Both the position numbers and the translations under genes were made by a program. The notes beneath the pieces are model-generated. The model saw only the letters and a program-made list of their open reading frames with translations, was not told where the DNA came from and did not search any database. This document shows positions 36,621-50,335 of a stretch of 64,000 nucleotides of DNA, one piece after another; within the stretch, counting starts at the first letter, position 1, and each line of letters opens with the position of its first letter. Source of the DNA: Owenia fusiformis (lineage: Eukaryota); assembly GCA_903813345.2 (NCBI GenBank), contig CAIIXF020000001.1, positions 32,674,001 to 32,738,000 on the forward strand, written 5' to 3'.

Positions 36621-39600
36621 CCAGAAAAGCCCAATGGACAAAGATAGAGAATACCCGCCCAATTTGCAACTCAACTTTAAATGTCTAATTTTTAGACTTG
36701 TATACTCATGAAGTTCCTGACACATCTGAAAAATATCAAATAATACATAGTATTGATCTAGAATAGCGACAACTTTGTTAAAGTCTATACTTTGAAATTG
36801 TTTGGTTTTTATATTTCTGGTTATTTTTTCAAAATAAATGGGGTAGGGGAGATATGTAAGCTCTAATATAATGACAGGCTTTCCAATATACATTTTTAAA
36901 TACCTTAAATCAAAGTAGGCAGGCAAAAGAACAGCTTTGATCAAGAATCCATCAACCAATCAGCATAAAACTCAAGATATAAGGAACTATATGTTATTGC
37001 TAACAGTGGAAATGATGAAAAATGCCAAATTTTGTTCTTCAATGTCTAATTTCTCTACACTAGAATACTAATGAAGGTCCTGAAACATTAATTATAGCAA
37101 TCAATAACACATAAAGAATAGTTACATCTTTGTTAAAGTTTATACTGGTAGTTTGAAGTTATTTTTTTTATATTTTCCAGTCATATTCCCTAATAAATGG
37201 GGTAGGGGAGAACTGAAAGCTCTAATATGAACATTGTTTGTCTACTATACATTTTCAGTACCTTAAATGGAATAAAACATGTACAAGAACAGATTTAATC
37301 CAAAATGTATCAACCAGTCAGCATTAAACTCAAGATATGAGGATCTATATGTTACTGCTGAAAGCAGCATTGATTAAAAAATGCCAAGTTTTGTCCTTAA
37401 ATGTCTCATTTCTAGCCACTTGAATACCAATAAAAGTTCTGAAAAATCTTAAAAATATTAAATAACACATAATATTGATAATAGAATAGCTACAACTTTA
37501 TGAAAGTCTATAATTTCAAGTTATTTTATTTTTTTATATTTCTCGTTTATTTTCCATAATTGATGGGGTAGGGGAGATCTGAAAGCTCTAATATGAACAT
37601 TGTTTGTCTACTATACATTTTCTATACCTTAAATGGAAGAAGACATGCACAAGAACAGATTTGATTGAAAATGCAACAATCAGACAGCATAAAACTCAAG
37701 ATATGAGGAACTATATATTACTGCTGAAAGCGAAAATGATAAAAAAAATGCCAAGTTTTGTCCTTAAATGTCTCATTTCTAGCCACTTGTATACCGCTAT
37801 AGGTTCTGAAATATCTTAAAAACATTAAATAACACATAATATTGACATAGAATAGCTACAACTTTGTTAAAGTTTATAATTTCAAGTTATTTTATTTTTT
37901 CATATTTTTCGGTAATTTTCCATAATAAATGGGGTAGGGGAGATCTGAAAGCTCTCATATGAACAATGGTTGTCCACTATACATTTTCTACACCTTAAAT
38001 GGAAGAACATATGTATAAGCACAGATTTAATCAAAAATGCAACAACCAGTCAGCATTAAACTCGAGATATAAGGAACTATATGTTAATGCTGAAAGCGAA
38101 AATGATTAAAAATGCCAAATTTTGTCCTTAAATGTCACATTTCTAGACACAAGTATACTAATGAAGGTCTTGAAACATCTGAGAAACCTTACATAACACA
38201 AAATATTGATATAGAATAGCTACAACTTTGTTTGAGTTGCACATTTTGACTTCTTGTAGTTTCCATTTTTAGCCAATTTTTTCTAAAAAGTTCAAGGTAT
38301 GTCTTCTTCGGACCAGTATTTAGATATGTTCGCAAGAGTTATATGCTTCGCAGGCGAAATCCTTTATGCAGGACACCCTAATAGAATAAAAAATACACAG
38401 AAATTCCATCCAGCTCATAAAGTCATTTTTTCCTTAACGGAGCCTCTTAGAAAATTTTCCACCCCGAGTAGTAGTGTGATAATAAGCTGCACAATGCCAC
38501 TGCTGCATGTACATATTACTAATTTACTAGGGCTCCCAAAGAGTGGATAGGGAGGTTGTGTTTGTCACTTTTAAATTTTACATTTCAAAATTGTCATTTC
38601 ACATGTCATAATTTGTTGGTTTCATTCGTTTAGCCAATCAAAACATTGTAAAACAATAAATTGTCTGTTACGTACGATCAATTTTGTTCAGTTTTGATTA
38701 GTTGTCAGAATAAAGTTACGTTCATCTGAATCCATGTATCAAAACAAAAATCCTATTTTCACTTCAAAATACTTCAGTGAGATGAAGGCTCGGGATTGTC
38801 ACATGCAATAACTTATTGTCGTATTCGTTATTTTATCTTCTCGATAGTAGCATTTAGTCGCACATTTGATGCCAGGTCACCTTGTCGCGTACCTCTTGGG
38901 GAACCCCACATTTATGTGTATACTCATGGAAGTAAATTCCCCGGTGTAGCCGAGAGCCACAAACTTTTCAACAGGTTCGAAATGACCAATTTCTCTCATA
39001 TATACTCTAAATATTTTATTATTTAGCACCTACAAAGTATTGCTAATAACCATATGTAATTTCAATAAGGAAACTTATCTGGCTACATATAAATTCAAGT
39101 TCAACACTAGCTGTTCTCTCAACACGTCCTGGCTTACCTTGTGGTGACAAACCCTGGATTTTCGCTATTTATAGTTTATCAACACCTGGACGCATGCGCA
39201 TTTTATACTTTATCGGGCACTTTAACAAGACGAAATAATTTGCGTTGATTATTGGAAATATCCATTTAAACAGACCCTCTTAATTTATGACAAGTTGACA
39301 ATAAAAAAGAATGTTCCGATGCTTTTTGATTTGAGAACGCATATTTAGCTAAAGCAAAATACGAAATATAAACTCATGCGGTAATTATAATTTAATTTAC
39401 AAATACCCGGGTCCAAATATCATGAGTGTTGATTGCAATTATGTTCGACGATCGTCAACATGAAAGAAAAATATGTCTGAATAATTAGCTATAAAACATC
39501 TTTATTAAAACTCCCCTACACTTTTAAATGCTCATCTTGTCAAAGAGTACCATCCACCTGAGATTTAGATGTAGATCTAAAATCAAATTGTTTTCAAAAG

Positions 39601-39858
39601 TATTTATAGATTGGTTTACATGAGGGGTTCTGTCCATGTGGGTTGTGTATTCTTTTCATAACAAAGAGTTGTTTTGCTTCCGGGGTCTTAAATTTTTCAA
39701 TTTTAAATAGTAATTAATAAGATTAATAAGATCAAAAAGACTCGGCACTGCCGTCGCCCCATCATGATCAATACAGGTGACAATAAGCGACAGTTGTTAC
39801 AGTACAAGTTATTGATTCAGGTTCATATTTGTTATAAATATAGACTTGATTACGTTTC

Positions 39859-40205
39859 AGACCCGTAGCCAGGATTTGCCAAGGGGTGGGTTACTTTTAA
39901 AAAAATTAGTTATAGTTAGTTCAAAAATGGCCAAAATAATTTAAAAAGTGCTCAGAATGGTGTAAAATTATGCATTTTTGGTGACGGAGGAGGTCGCTAG
40001 AACCAATCTACTCCCCCCCCCCCTGTATACGGGCCTGCATGTTCTATCTACATATTTGACTATTTGATCAGGCCCGTAGCCAGTATATTTGCCAAGGGGG
40101 TCACTTAAAACGTGCTCAGAATGGTGAAAACTGCATGATTTTGAAATACTTTTTGGCCGGGGGGGGGGAGGGTCGAACCCGTCGAACCCCCTGGCTACGG
40201 GCACG
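39859..40205 (+). mobile_element. Two adjacent short elements of the CCCGTAGCCAG...CCCCCTG..TACGGGC family
   Basis: 39859-40038 and 40069-40205 each have inverted ends and share GTGCTCAGAATGGTG. Confidence 0.7.
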
Positions 40206-40477
40206 GTTGAAAGTGGAGTTTGTTGATTTTTCAAACTGTTCTAAAAGAGGAATATGCGTCCAATTAAAATCATATCGTGATCCTGTAAAAATGTCAGATT
40301 TAGCAAAATAAATAGGCGATTTCCATCTGCACACGTCTACTCATTTCGATTAAGCTATTGCCTACACTTACGCGCACACACATACTTTAAAATTAATTTT
40401 ATTTTGATAATGATTTAAAAAACATCAATTATTATCAACATGAAATTAAAACGATTGTTATATTCCAAAAGTATAAT

Positions 40478-41307
40478 CACAGGCTGGTATCGAAAGATTT
40501 GTCCGCTGTGACGGAGCATGCTATTTTTCATAAAAACGCTAAGAATGTGTCACGATTTATTTTTTAACTCATATGTTTCGTTATATCAAGGATAATTACT
40601 TACTCCATGCAATGGATATATCATTTGCGTGTAACCTTCACTTCTGTTTGAAGTCCAATAACGCTAGGAGTAAAATCTATTGAAAACGGCGCCAGAGTAT
40701 CAAACTCTAAAACGTACCATTTCTTTTTTAACTTTTTAATGGCATGATATAGTAACACGATAATATTAACATATGTTTTCAGCATAACTCTGAATGTATT
40801 AATGAGATATTAATGCATTGGGTCTTTTTAATTTTTTTATAAAAAATAATGTTAATATTTTTTGTCCGCTGTGACGGAGCATTTTCACAGTTCACATTTG
40901 CAACTGCTCTGTCACAGCGGACAAAAAAATAAACATTATTTTTTATAAAAGAATTAAAAAGACCAAATACATCAACATCTCATTTATACCTTCATATTTA
41001 TGCTGAAACCATGTGTAAATATTATCGTGTCACTATATCGTGTCATTAGAAAGTTAAACAAGAAATGGTACATTTTGAAGTATGATACTCCGGCGCCATT
41101 TTCAATAGCTTTTCTTCCCAGCGTAATTGGACTTCAAACAGAAGTGAAAGCTACCCGCAAATGATATATCCATTGCATGGAGTAAGTAATTTTGTATGGT
41201 ATAACGAAACATATGAGTTAAAAAATAAATCGTGTAGTATTCTTAGAGGTTTTATGAAAAATAGCATGCTCCGTCACAGCGGACAAATATTTCGATACCA
41301 GCCTGTG
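40478..41307. mobile_element. Fully palindromic 830-bp MITE, CAC...GTG ends, 3-bp TSD (Chapaev3/CMC-like)
   Basis: CACAGGCTGGTATCGAAA / TTTCGATACCAGCCTGTG. Arms of ~400 bp. AAT on both flanks. Confidence 0.88.
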
Positions 41308-41370
41308 AATTAAGCGCGACTATAGCGCATAACAACAGGTAGCCCTAATTATACTGTTTGTTTTGATAAG

Positions 41371-41522
41371 GCAGTGCAAAGAGATATCAAAACTCTTGAC
41401 ACGCTCTGTACACGCGAGGTCTTTGCACCTCTTGACACGTCTTGGAATCTCTAGATACGCGGAGTTTCTAGACTATTTTTGCACGTCTAGAAATTGCTTG
41501 GAACTTCACATTTGACGCAGTG
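41371..41522. repeat. Orphan terminus-like fragment ending in GCAGTG with ~11-bp CTCTTGACACG-like repeats
   Basis: Degenerate short repeats and a CAGTG end followed by TA. No partner end seen. Confidence 0.45.
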
Positions 41523-41830
41523 TATATCTTTGGAACTAGGCAAAAGAAAAAAAAACTTCTTATTTTGAAGATAATCATGTTATTGTAAGATACTAGAAAT
41601 ATGGGCTTTATTACTTTAGAACTGTTCTGCAGGGGGTCTTATGAAGATTGATAAATTAACATGGAGCTCAATGTAAATGTGCAAAATTTGCGAGGCCTGC
41701 TATTATCAACTGGGGCCACTTTTTACCACCACTTCGTTAGATATCAAAAATATATGTATTAATGATACTTCTGTCAAAATATGGTGCTTTATATATAGCA
41801 TGTGCAATTAAAAACCTAACTGACTGCACT
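41523..41830 (-). repeat. Repeat family copy B, outer part (continues 21080-21608)
   Basis: Reverse complement of ~17355-17672. Begins with the same 18-mer at which the 21080-21608 part stops. Confidence 0.88.
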
Positions 41831-43246
41831 ATAGTGAAGGACAGTAAAAACATGTAAATCCAACCACTCTGAAATGAACATATCATTAGAATCCACATAG
41901 TAAATTCACTCACTTGGCTGATCATAATTTTTTTTAACATCCTCCATACTCGATACTCAAGGGGAGTTGGAACGTCTGATATGCATGTAATGTTAAGTAT
42001 TATGTATATTAACCATAGATATATTGGTTTTGTGGTTTTGGCAATTTAAAAACAGAAAATTTTGTGAAATATACATTTTCGTTCGGCGGGTTTTTGATTT
42101 AGCTTCTTTTATCAACTCAGTTCAGGTATTTCGGTTTAGTCAACTACTGAATCCTGTTACCAAATAAATCTTGAGTCTCTTATACAGCATATGGAATACC
42201 ATCTGTAGGTAAAATTACATTAAAGTGGTAAAGAGAAGAGAAACAAACATACCTTTCCTCCGACATTTTGGATTTTGCGCATCTTGTCGAGTCTTTGATC
42301 ACGCACTTTTAATAGTAGGCAATCACTGTACATACAGTGTATATGAAAATAAGTAATTTGGATAGACTCGAGTAAAATATGCTATAGCCATTAGACAAAC
42401 TTGCGTATCTACTTGTAATTTCATTTTTGATGAACTAGTAATTACCGGAATTAAAGTACTCAATTGAAGTTTTGAAACCCTATCCAGGCCCATAGCAAGA
42501 ATTTGAAGGGGATTTCTCCTTTTAAAAAATCCTAGGAGCCGTGAATTCGTACGATCCGCGATCCGATTCCCAAATGATGCATTGTGGGATTGTAGAACTA
42601 ATCCAAATATAGGTAAATTCGTAATCTCAGCCTAAATCTCCGGTATAAATCTCAATCCACCGATTGAGGTGGGTTTCCTTTTGGATAAAGGTCCATGTGC
42701 AGTACGGCAAGTGATTTTAGACGGTCATATCTTTCACCATGAGTACTCTCTAGGCATAAATACAGTGTTTTTGTGAATACAATGTGTTTTCTTTCAAGTG
42801 AGGTCCCCATGATGATGATAAAAATATTAATTGAACAATTCGAAAAATTATAAATATGTGAACATTTTTTCAAAATATCGAACTATTTGCTCAAAAGAGG
42901 ATCTTCTTTTCTGATTTTTATTGCATTGAGAGATTATTCAACAAGGGGTCTAAAACATCTTCAAAAGTAGAATGGTATTGAAAGTCTAGTTTTGAAGATA
43001 TCAGTTTTCGATGACCAAAATCATGCTGAAAACAATGGATAGCATGAGTTTTCCCTATGGGAAAATAACATGGAAGATGTGGTTTTTAACTTTATCGGAT
43101 TTCAATACCCATCCCCTTTTCAGAAGTTATAAATGTAGTGTAGAAGAAACGTTTGATATTTTTTATTTATTTATTTTATTTGACAGACGCCTTAGAAACG
43201 GCGGCACACTAAAATACACACTTGGTATACGCAGCTAACGAAAATT

Positions 43247-43303
43247 GACCGGTACGGGTCAAAAGCTGGACCGGTACGGGTCAAAAGCTGGACCGGTACG
43301 GGT
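43247..43303 (+). repeat. 22-bp tandem repeat (GACCGGTACGGGTCAAAAGCTG) x2.6
   Basis: Direct reading. Probably subterminal repeats of a DNA element; a similar motif lies at ~43664. Confidence 0.85.
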
Positions 43304-43743
43304 TAACGGTTTTATTTGAATTTAAAACAGCCATAACTTGCTCAATATTGACTTCCTTGTGTTTAATTTGAAATGTATGATGCCTCCCGATGCTTTTAAG
43401 TACCCCAATTTTTTACAGATTTTTAAACGGACCAAAACTCTCTAAATGCGCATTTATGCTCTTTTCTCTCGAGAACGACTGTCTCATTTTCACGATAACT
43501 TTTATTTAGTACTTCTAACATATAAGATCTATTTTTCCCCATCAAGGTATGATGTAAATGACATGCTATTTACATCTTGTGAGTTTCAATGACGCGCGTT
43601 TGATTTTATAAAAAATGCCAAACTTTGTGACAAAGAATTTCCTCCTGCTTGCAGCGAGAAGACGGACCGGTTCGGGGCAATATATGATGTCCATGCTGTT
43701 AATCTGTTAACTTTTCAAAAGGGCCCAATTTTTTGTTTTAAGG

Positions 43744-44399
43744 GCCCAACAATTTTTTCCTTTCCTGACTTGAAATGCGGGACCTCCTTGTTACCTTCTG
43801 GATCCGCCAGTGGTAGATATCTACATTTACAAGTATGAATGTTTATAGTAAACGTCAAAATCTATGATTTCCCTGAAATATAATGTATGATTCTCTTTTT
43901 CATTTCATTGTAGCATACCTATTTCCACACAATAATTATTTGATTGAATATCTATTGATCACATAAAGTGTTAACCCAGTTTATTGAGCCAGCTGCATAT
44001 TATGCCCCCAACTTGTTTAAATATTTCTTTAAACAAACAACCAAACAACAGCAGTTTTTATTGCAAGAACAATTGCCCAACAATTTTTTCCTTTCCTGAC
44101 TTGAAATGCGGGACCTCCTTGTTACCTTCTGGATCCGCCAGTGGTAGATATCTACATTTACAAGTATGAATGTTTATAGTAAACGTCAAAATCTATGATT
44201 TCCCTGAAATATAATGTATGATTCTCTTTTTCATTTCATTGTAGCATACCTATTTCCACACAATAATTATTTGATTGAATATCTATTGATCACATAAAGT
44301 GTTAACCCAGTTTATTGAGCCAGCTGCATATTATGCCCCCAACTTGTTTAAATATTTCTTTAAACAAACAACCAAACAACAGCAGTTTTTATTGCAAGA
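43744..44399 (+). repeat. Apparently identical 325-bp tandem duplication (period 331)
   Basis: 43744-44068 matches 44075-44399 with a 6-bp spacer ACAATT. Identical ORF starts at 43984 and 44315. Confidence 0.92.
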
Positions 44400-46405
44400 G
44401 GACCACGTCAATGACAATCAGATCGTGTAGAAGTAATGCTATCTTCGGAGGATTCGGGGAGTTTATTCTATTCACGCAATTACAAATTATCAGAATATCC
44501 CACGAGACTGATCCGTATGCATTATCCACCGTGTACGTGAAATGTAGCGTGTTTGGTTGGTTGCTTGTTTGTAATTTGTCGGTTGAGTTTCAGATTTAAT
44601 CTACCGGCGAACAGATTTTCAGGCAAAGTTTTAACATTTTGAATTATTATCTACGACTTTGTCAAGCTCCTATTTATACTAAAGTGCTGATATAAAATTA
44701 AAAAGGGTGCATTTTTAAACTAAACAGAGTGCTCCTACCAAAATGAATTTGCCTACATACCCCTGAGACTCTTATCTGATAGATGCACAAATAAAACAAA
44801 AGTTTTGCTATTATAGGTGAAAAGGGGAGCGAGTTGTTTGTAGAATGAATCGGGGGATTTTTTTCATGAATTTCGCTTATGTTTTTCATCCAAAAAACAT
44901 CAATACACTTTAAAACATTTTGTTTACTTTAAGATTACACCATGTAATCCAAAAATATATTTCTCATTTTCAAAGATAATCCATGGATTAACACCCAGGT
45001 ATTTTTATTTTTCAAACTTCAGAGGGCTGGGAATCAATGATGCTCAACGCTTTTGAATACGATAAATGCTGTTTTAAATAGGTTTTACGTATGCCAATAA
45101 TTTCTCAAATAATGTAAGCTGAATGCATTCCTTAATCCCTAGAATGCCTATCATATAACATTGTTTTGTCTTGGCCACTTAATATGTTTTGTTGCTGTCT
45201 GCTCATCAAATCAAATTGTTGTTATTTAAAGATGTCAGTCAAATCTGGTGAAACAGCACAACAGTAACCTAAATAGCACAAGTACATATTATGTAACTCA
45301 TGCATCAGGTATTAAGGCTTAGGGGATTAACTTTAAAACATAAACTGAACTGACAGATGTGTATGCTTACATCTACAACTTCCAGGATTGTAAGAATTCA
45401 AAACTTGTTGATAGCCATATTTTCCTGAATGTGACATCGAGATATTATGGCATTTATGAGTGGTAAAACATGAAAAAAAGCATTTTCATTTAAAATTAGC
45501 ATATGATTTGAATTAATGCCAAGAAATGTATTAGTTAACTGTATCCGTTTTACATCCATTGCAGTTGGCTACATTATAAGACAAGGCATTCACATGCAAA
45601 ATGTCAACACCTGCCATTTGTTACAGACACCAACTGCCAAACACCAACTGCCAAATGATAAACTCCAACCACTGAACACCGTCCACAAAAAAGTTTGAGA
45701 CCATAACAATATGTCACCACTTGTGGTGGTGACATAAAAATGATCATGGAAAATTGTATTTTTTTTAAAAAGTAGGAACTTCTGAGGTTATTAGAAAATT
45801 GGAAGACAAGGAAGGATTCTGGCTTTAAGATATTAGGGTTATAAATTGCAATGAAACTAAAACAAAACATTCTTTTTCTCAAATATCACAGTGTATATTC
45901 AAATCACAAATACGATATCATACAATTACAATAATTTATGTCTTATAAATAAGTACTGCCTTTTCATCCATAATTGATGTTGATGAAGATTGTGTTTCCA
46001 GTTTGATTTATGAACAACATTCATGGTTTTATTTATTATGTTCATTATAATGTACAATGTGATTGATAATCAATTCACACATAGCTAGGTCTGAATATTA
46101 AACTCCAGCCAAATAGAGCCAGCACAATATTTCAACCTTTGTAACCCTTGCAAAAAGATTTTCTTGCAATAAAAATGTGAAAATAATAATTGATAATAAT
46201 CACATTATTGTTATTATTTCATCCACTCATGTTATTTGTCCTGGACTTTGCACACTCAAGACATCCTTAGTGCAATCATTCTACAACTCATTAAGCCATG
46301 GCATTAAATCCATTTCATGCAATGTGTGATATAAGACAGTTCCAAGGGTGGTGATATAATAATAAACTGTAGGCTATAGTATAGTGTAATGAAAATAGAT
46401 TTTAA

Positions 46406-46638
46406 GGTAGATATGTCTCGATATTTTTCACTAATTTTCATGATTACAAATACCGATAATCAATGAAAGGGACAATATTTTCACATTTGTAATTGTATGT
46501 GTATGCATGGTCCATGGTGTATGTCACCATAATTCTTTATATCCACTTAAAATGTCAAAAATATTGCCCAATTTATAATTATCAGATAATTTATTCATCA
46601 CCAAAATTAGTAAGAAATTATCAACATGCAGAACTACC
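46406..46638. mobile_element. Small TTAA-flanked MITE (Kolobok-like)
   Basis: TTAA-GGTAG ... CTACC-TTAA. Confidence 0.6.
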
Positions 46639-47406
46639 TTAAAGAGTTTAATCTCTCACTCAGTCACAATCATGTCAACCGAAACTGTACTTGTGTTACA
46701 TAATATAGGATTATACAGTTTCAGTTTCAGTTTAGATTTTATTTCTACCCACACCTGTGAGTATAAATACATATACAATATACATGTAATACAAAATTGA
46801 TACAATATCTAATGGCAGTTATTTAGTTTAATCCTTTCAAAATGCTTTGTAAAAATTTACTTAGTTGAATTGTATACCTTTTGTTTGAAAATAGTTCAGT
46901 TAATTTATACATATTTGGCCTGTTTTGGAAGTATGAATTTAAATATTTCTCCCTTTGATCTTTAAATAATAAACATTCTAGTATAAAATGATATTCGTCA
47001 CCTAATTTGTTACAATGTGTACATATTCGTTAATGTCTTGGTATATTATTATACCTTCCAGTTTCTATTGGTAAATTATGATTTGACATCCTAAATTTTG
47101 TCATGTACAGATGTATGCTCAATGGGTGGTGGAGATAAGATTCAAAGTTAATATTGGTCTTAATGGCCTTGTATAAATGATATGTGCTTTCCTGAAGGTT
47201 TGTATTCCATTTTTGAATAAACTGATCTTTTAGTTTGCGTTTAACTCTTAATTTCAGTGCAAATCTACTATCAAAACTTTGAGATATCCAGATATTTGGA
47301 AAATCACATTCATTTAAAATATTCTCTACACACTTTCACCACTGTGACTTATAAATACCTTCCTGGTATAGTTTTAGCATTGCCTTATATACTTTGCTAC
47401 CTAAAG

Positions 47407-50245
47407 CACGGGTTGTATCCAAAGCCCCGTTATAATTGAGAGATCGCGAGCAAGTTCCCGCTGAAATCACGAGCAAAGTCCTTTTTATTTAATTCATCTG
47501 GAAATATGGACCAAAAAGGTAAGAATACGCATTACTGTTCTTTGATACTTTAGGTATACTTTCAGAACAGGTATATCTTCACAAACAATGACATGAAAGA
47601 TAACTATTTTTACTGGCATGGAAGAAACGGGCGTCAAAATGCACGTTTGCATAATTTACTGTTAACATATTACTTTTATGGTTAAAATAGAGACAAGAAC
47701 TACGATATACATACCTCATTATGAATATTGGACCAACATTGTATGTATTGATAAGTTTGTTTTCAAAAACATCCACTGTGGGGGGTGAAATACATCATTG
47801 AAGGTGTGCCAGTGGCCCCGCTGAAATTATGAGGAAGCCCCGCTGAAAACATGACGAGGTCCCGCTGAAAACAGGAGCAGTTATCACGAGTACCCGCTTC
47901 GATCACGAGGAAAGCTCATTACTATTACATAAAATATTGAGGTTCTTCAAATAAACGTGCACGAAAGACCAAGTTAAGTACTTCTAATAATTACTGTATA
48001 TATACTGTTTCATTCTAGGGCCAGGTTTCTAATGTTTCCACTCCAACTTCAAGCCACCAGAGATTTCGTCAAACATTTTATAGAGTTGCATCCATATCAA
48101 AATGTATAGGAGAAAGGTGGATATTATTTCAAGAATGAACTTAATTGAAGCCTGAGGTTCAAGGTAATGAGTCTTGTATTAAACAAAGACACCCCATGTT
48201 GCAAGAAGATGAAATTTAGAGAGAAAGGAGAACCACAAAGTCTCCATGATAATTCAGGTTCTACTTTTATAATTTAACAATAACATTTAACAATAACATT
48301 CAAGTTTTTGTTTTTAAATATTTATTAAAATAATGATGATTTGTATTCCATACCTGATAATTTTCAGGGACATATCAACCAGGAATATATTCCATATCCG
48401 GGCAAATATTTTTCGTATGTCCCGCTCAAACGAGGATCCGGGACATATAAATCGTATGTCCTGCATAAGCCATTTTCCTGGACATATTGTTACGCGGTAA
48501 ACACGATTCAAATATATGTCATATTCCACAATGAATATGGCATATTCACTTGTGGAGTATGATAGATTCACCTGCGGTATATGGCATACTCACCCGCGGT
48601 GTAAGGCATATTCTGCAAGTGAGTATGACATATTCTGCGAGCATGGGGTATTTACTGAAATCAATGTATCACATATTCAATACGGAATATGCCATACTCA
48701 CCTGCAGAATACGCCATATACCACAGCTGAATATGGCATATACACCCGTATCACAAATACCACGCAACCATGAATATATGCCATATTCCGCGTAACACAT
48801 ACGATGTTACGCGGAGTATGGCATACATTTATGGTTGCGTGGTATTTGTGATACGGGTATACAGTATATGCCATACTCACCTGCAGTTTATGGCATATTC
48901 CGCAGGTGAGTATGCGATATTCCGCCGTGAATATGCGATACATTGATTTCAGTGAATACCTGATAGTCACCTGCAGAATATGTCATACTCACTTGCCGAA
49001 TATGTCATATACCGCAGGTGAAAATGACACAATGATTACCCGTTTGTTCAATCAATGCAATTGACAATTGCGTACTTCTGTATCGTGTTCTCATTGCATA
49101 GTGGGTATGCAATATACTGCAGCTGAATCTGTCATACACCGCAAGTGAATATGCCATATTTATTGCAGAATATGACACATATTTGCATCATGTTTTCCGC
49201 GTAACACGTGCGTTTAACATAACCTACGATTAATTGTTAATGATGAAATTATTTGATTATTATTATTTCGGACTCATAATCGGATGATGTACTCCTTTGT
49301 TACTTACATCTAGCAGTTGATCCATAAATTGCCTTTTCAAATGTGTGCGCCATTGGTGCTGAATCCTCTAAGGTAGTAATATACTGAACTACAGTATAAT
49401 GTAACTTCAGTGAAATATAAATATATATTGCATACAAAGAAGAACGAGTTATTTGAAACTTGTCAAAAGTCGTGGAATGGATTTAAATCTTCTCTTGGTA
49501 AATTTCTCGATGGAGTCAGGTCGAAATACATTAAGTGAAATGGTTTTATTGGAATCATGCTTGTAGCCAGCTTTTGGTAAGGGGGGGGGGGGTTGCTCGA
49601 ACCGATAATAACAATGACAATGATATATGATATAGATGTGCTCTGTAGAGTATCAATAATTAATATATTTATTACGTTGGCTACAGTCGTGGCAGATTTG
49701 CAAAGTCAAATCGGTCTTCACTCCATTTTAGAGAGCCACTTGCTCCTGATTTCAGCGGGACCTCCTCATGTTTTCAGCGGGGCCTCCTCATGTTTTCAGC
49801 GGGATCTTTAGTTTATTGCTCATGGTAGAAGCGGGGCATCAAGGGATATGCTAAAATTGAAATATATAATTTTTTGTGAAACTTTAGGAAGTGAAACTCA
49901 CAATACCTTCATTTCATATTACTATGACCATTTCAACTGAAGGGCAATGACCTTCTTCAGCTATAAAATATAGAAATATATAGATAAAGATTCAAGATGA
50001 TACATTCTCTCTCCAATTATCGAATAACAAAACTCAGAACATCAGCTCGTGATCCTTTTTTGCAGAAGTTGCTTTTTAGTATCAATACCATGTAATAATT
50101 GAGTAAAATTAAATGAAAACGCTTTTTATAACATACAATTTAAGTAAACAAAAGATAACCCTTCTTTTCTTTTAATTGCTCGCGATTTCAGCGGGTATTC
50201 GCTCGCGACTTCTAAATCATAGCGGGGCTTTAGATACTACCCGTG
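47407..50245. mobile_element. Non-autonomous element with CAC...GTG ends and 5-bp TSD (Transib-like)
   Basis: ~70-bp imperfect TIR CACGGGT(T/A)GTATC(C/T)AAAGCCCCG. TAAAG at 47402-47406 and 50246-50250. Repeated subterminal CCCGCTGAAA. Confidence 0.85.
48488..49206. mobile_element. Inverted pair of MITE-like units, each bounded by TGTTACGCGG / CCGCGTAACA
   Basis: Units 48488-48797 and 48805-49206 mirror each other around a 7-bp spacer. Internal ~21-bp ATATGCCATACTCACCTGC repeats. Confidence 0.8.
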
Positions 50246-50335
50246 TAAAGTGTCACTTGTGACTAATTTAGTCCAAAAATTAATTATCCTTGTTTTTATT
50301 GATATTTCAATAGGGTATCTACCTAACTCACCGTA

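Larger units (their letters stand above)
32716..38470 (-). mobile_element. Internally deleted Academ-like DNA transposon with ~1.8-kb modular TIRs
   Basis: TACTCGGGGTGGAA / TTCCACCCCGAGTA termini with 3-bp GTA TSD (32713-32715, 38471-38473). Arms are ~360-bp tandem subrepeats in mirror orientation around central transposase remnants. Confidence 0.85.
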
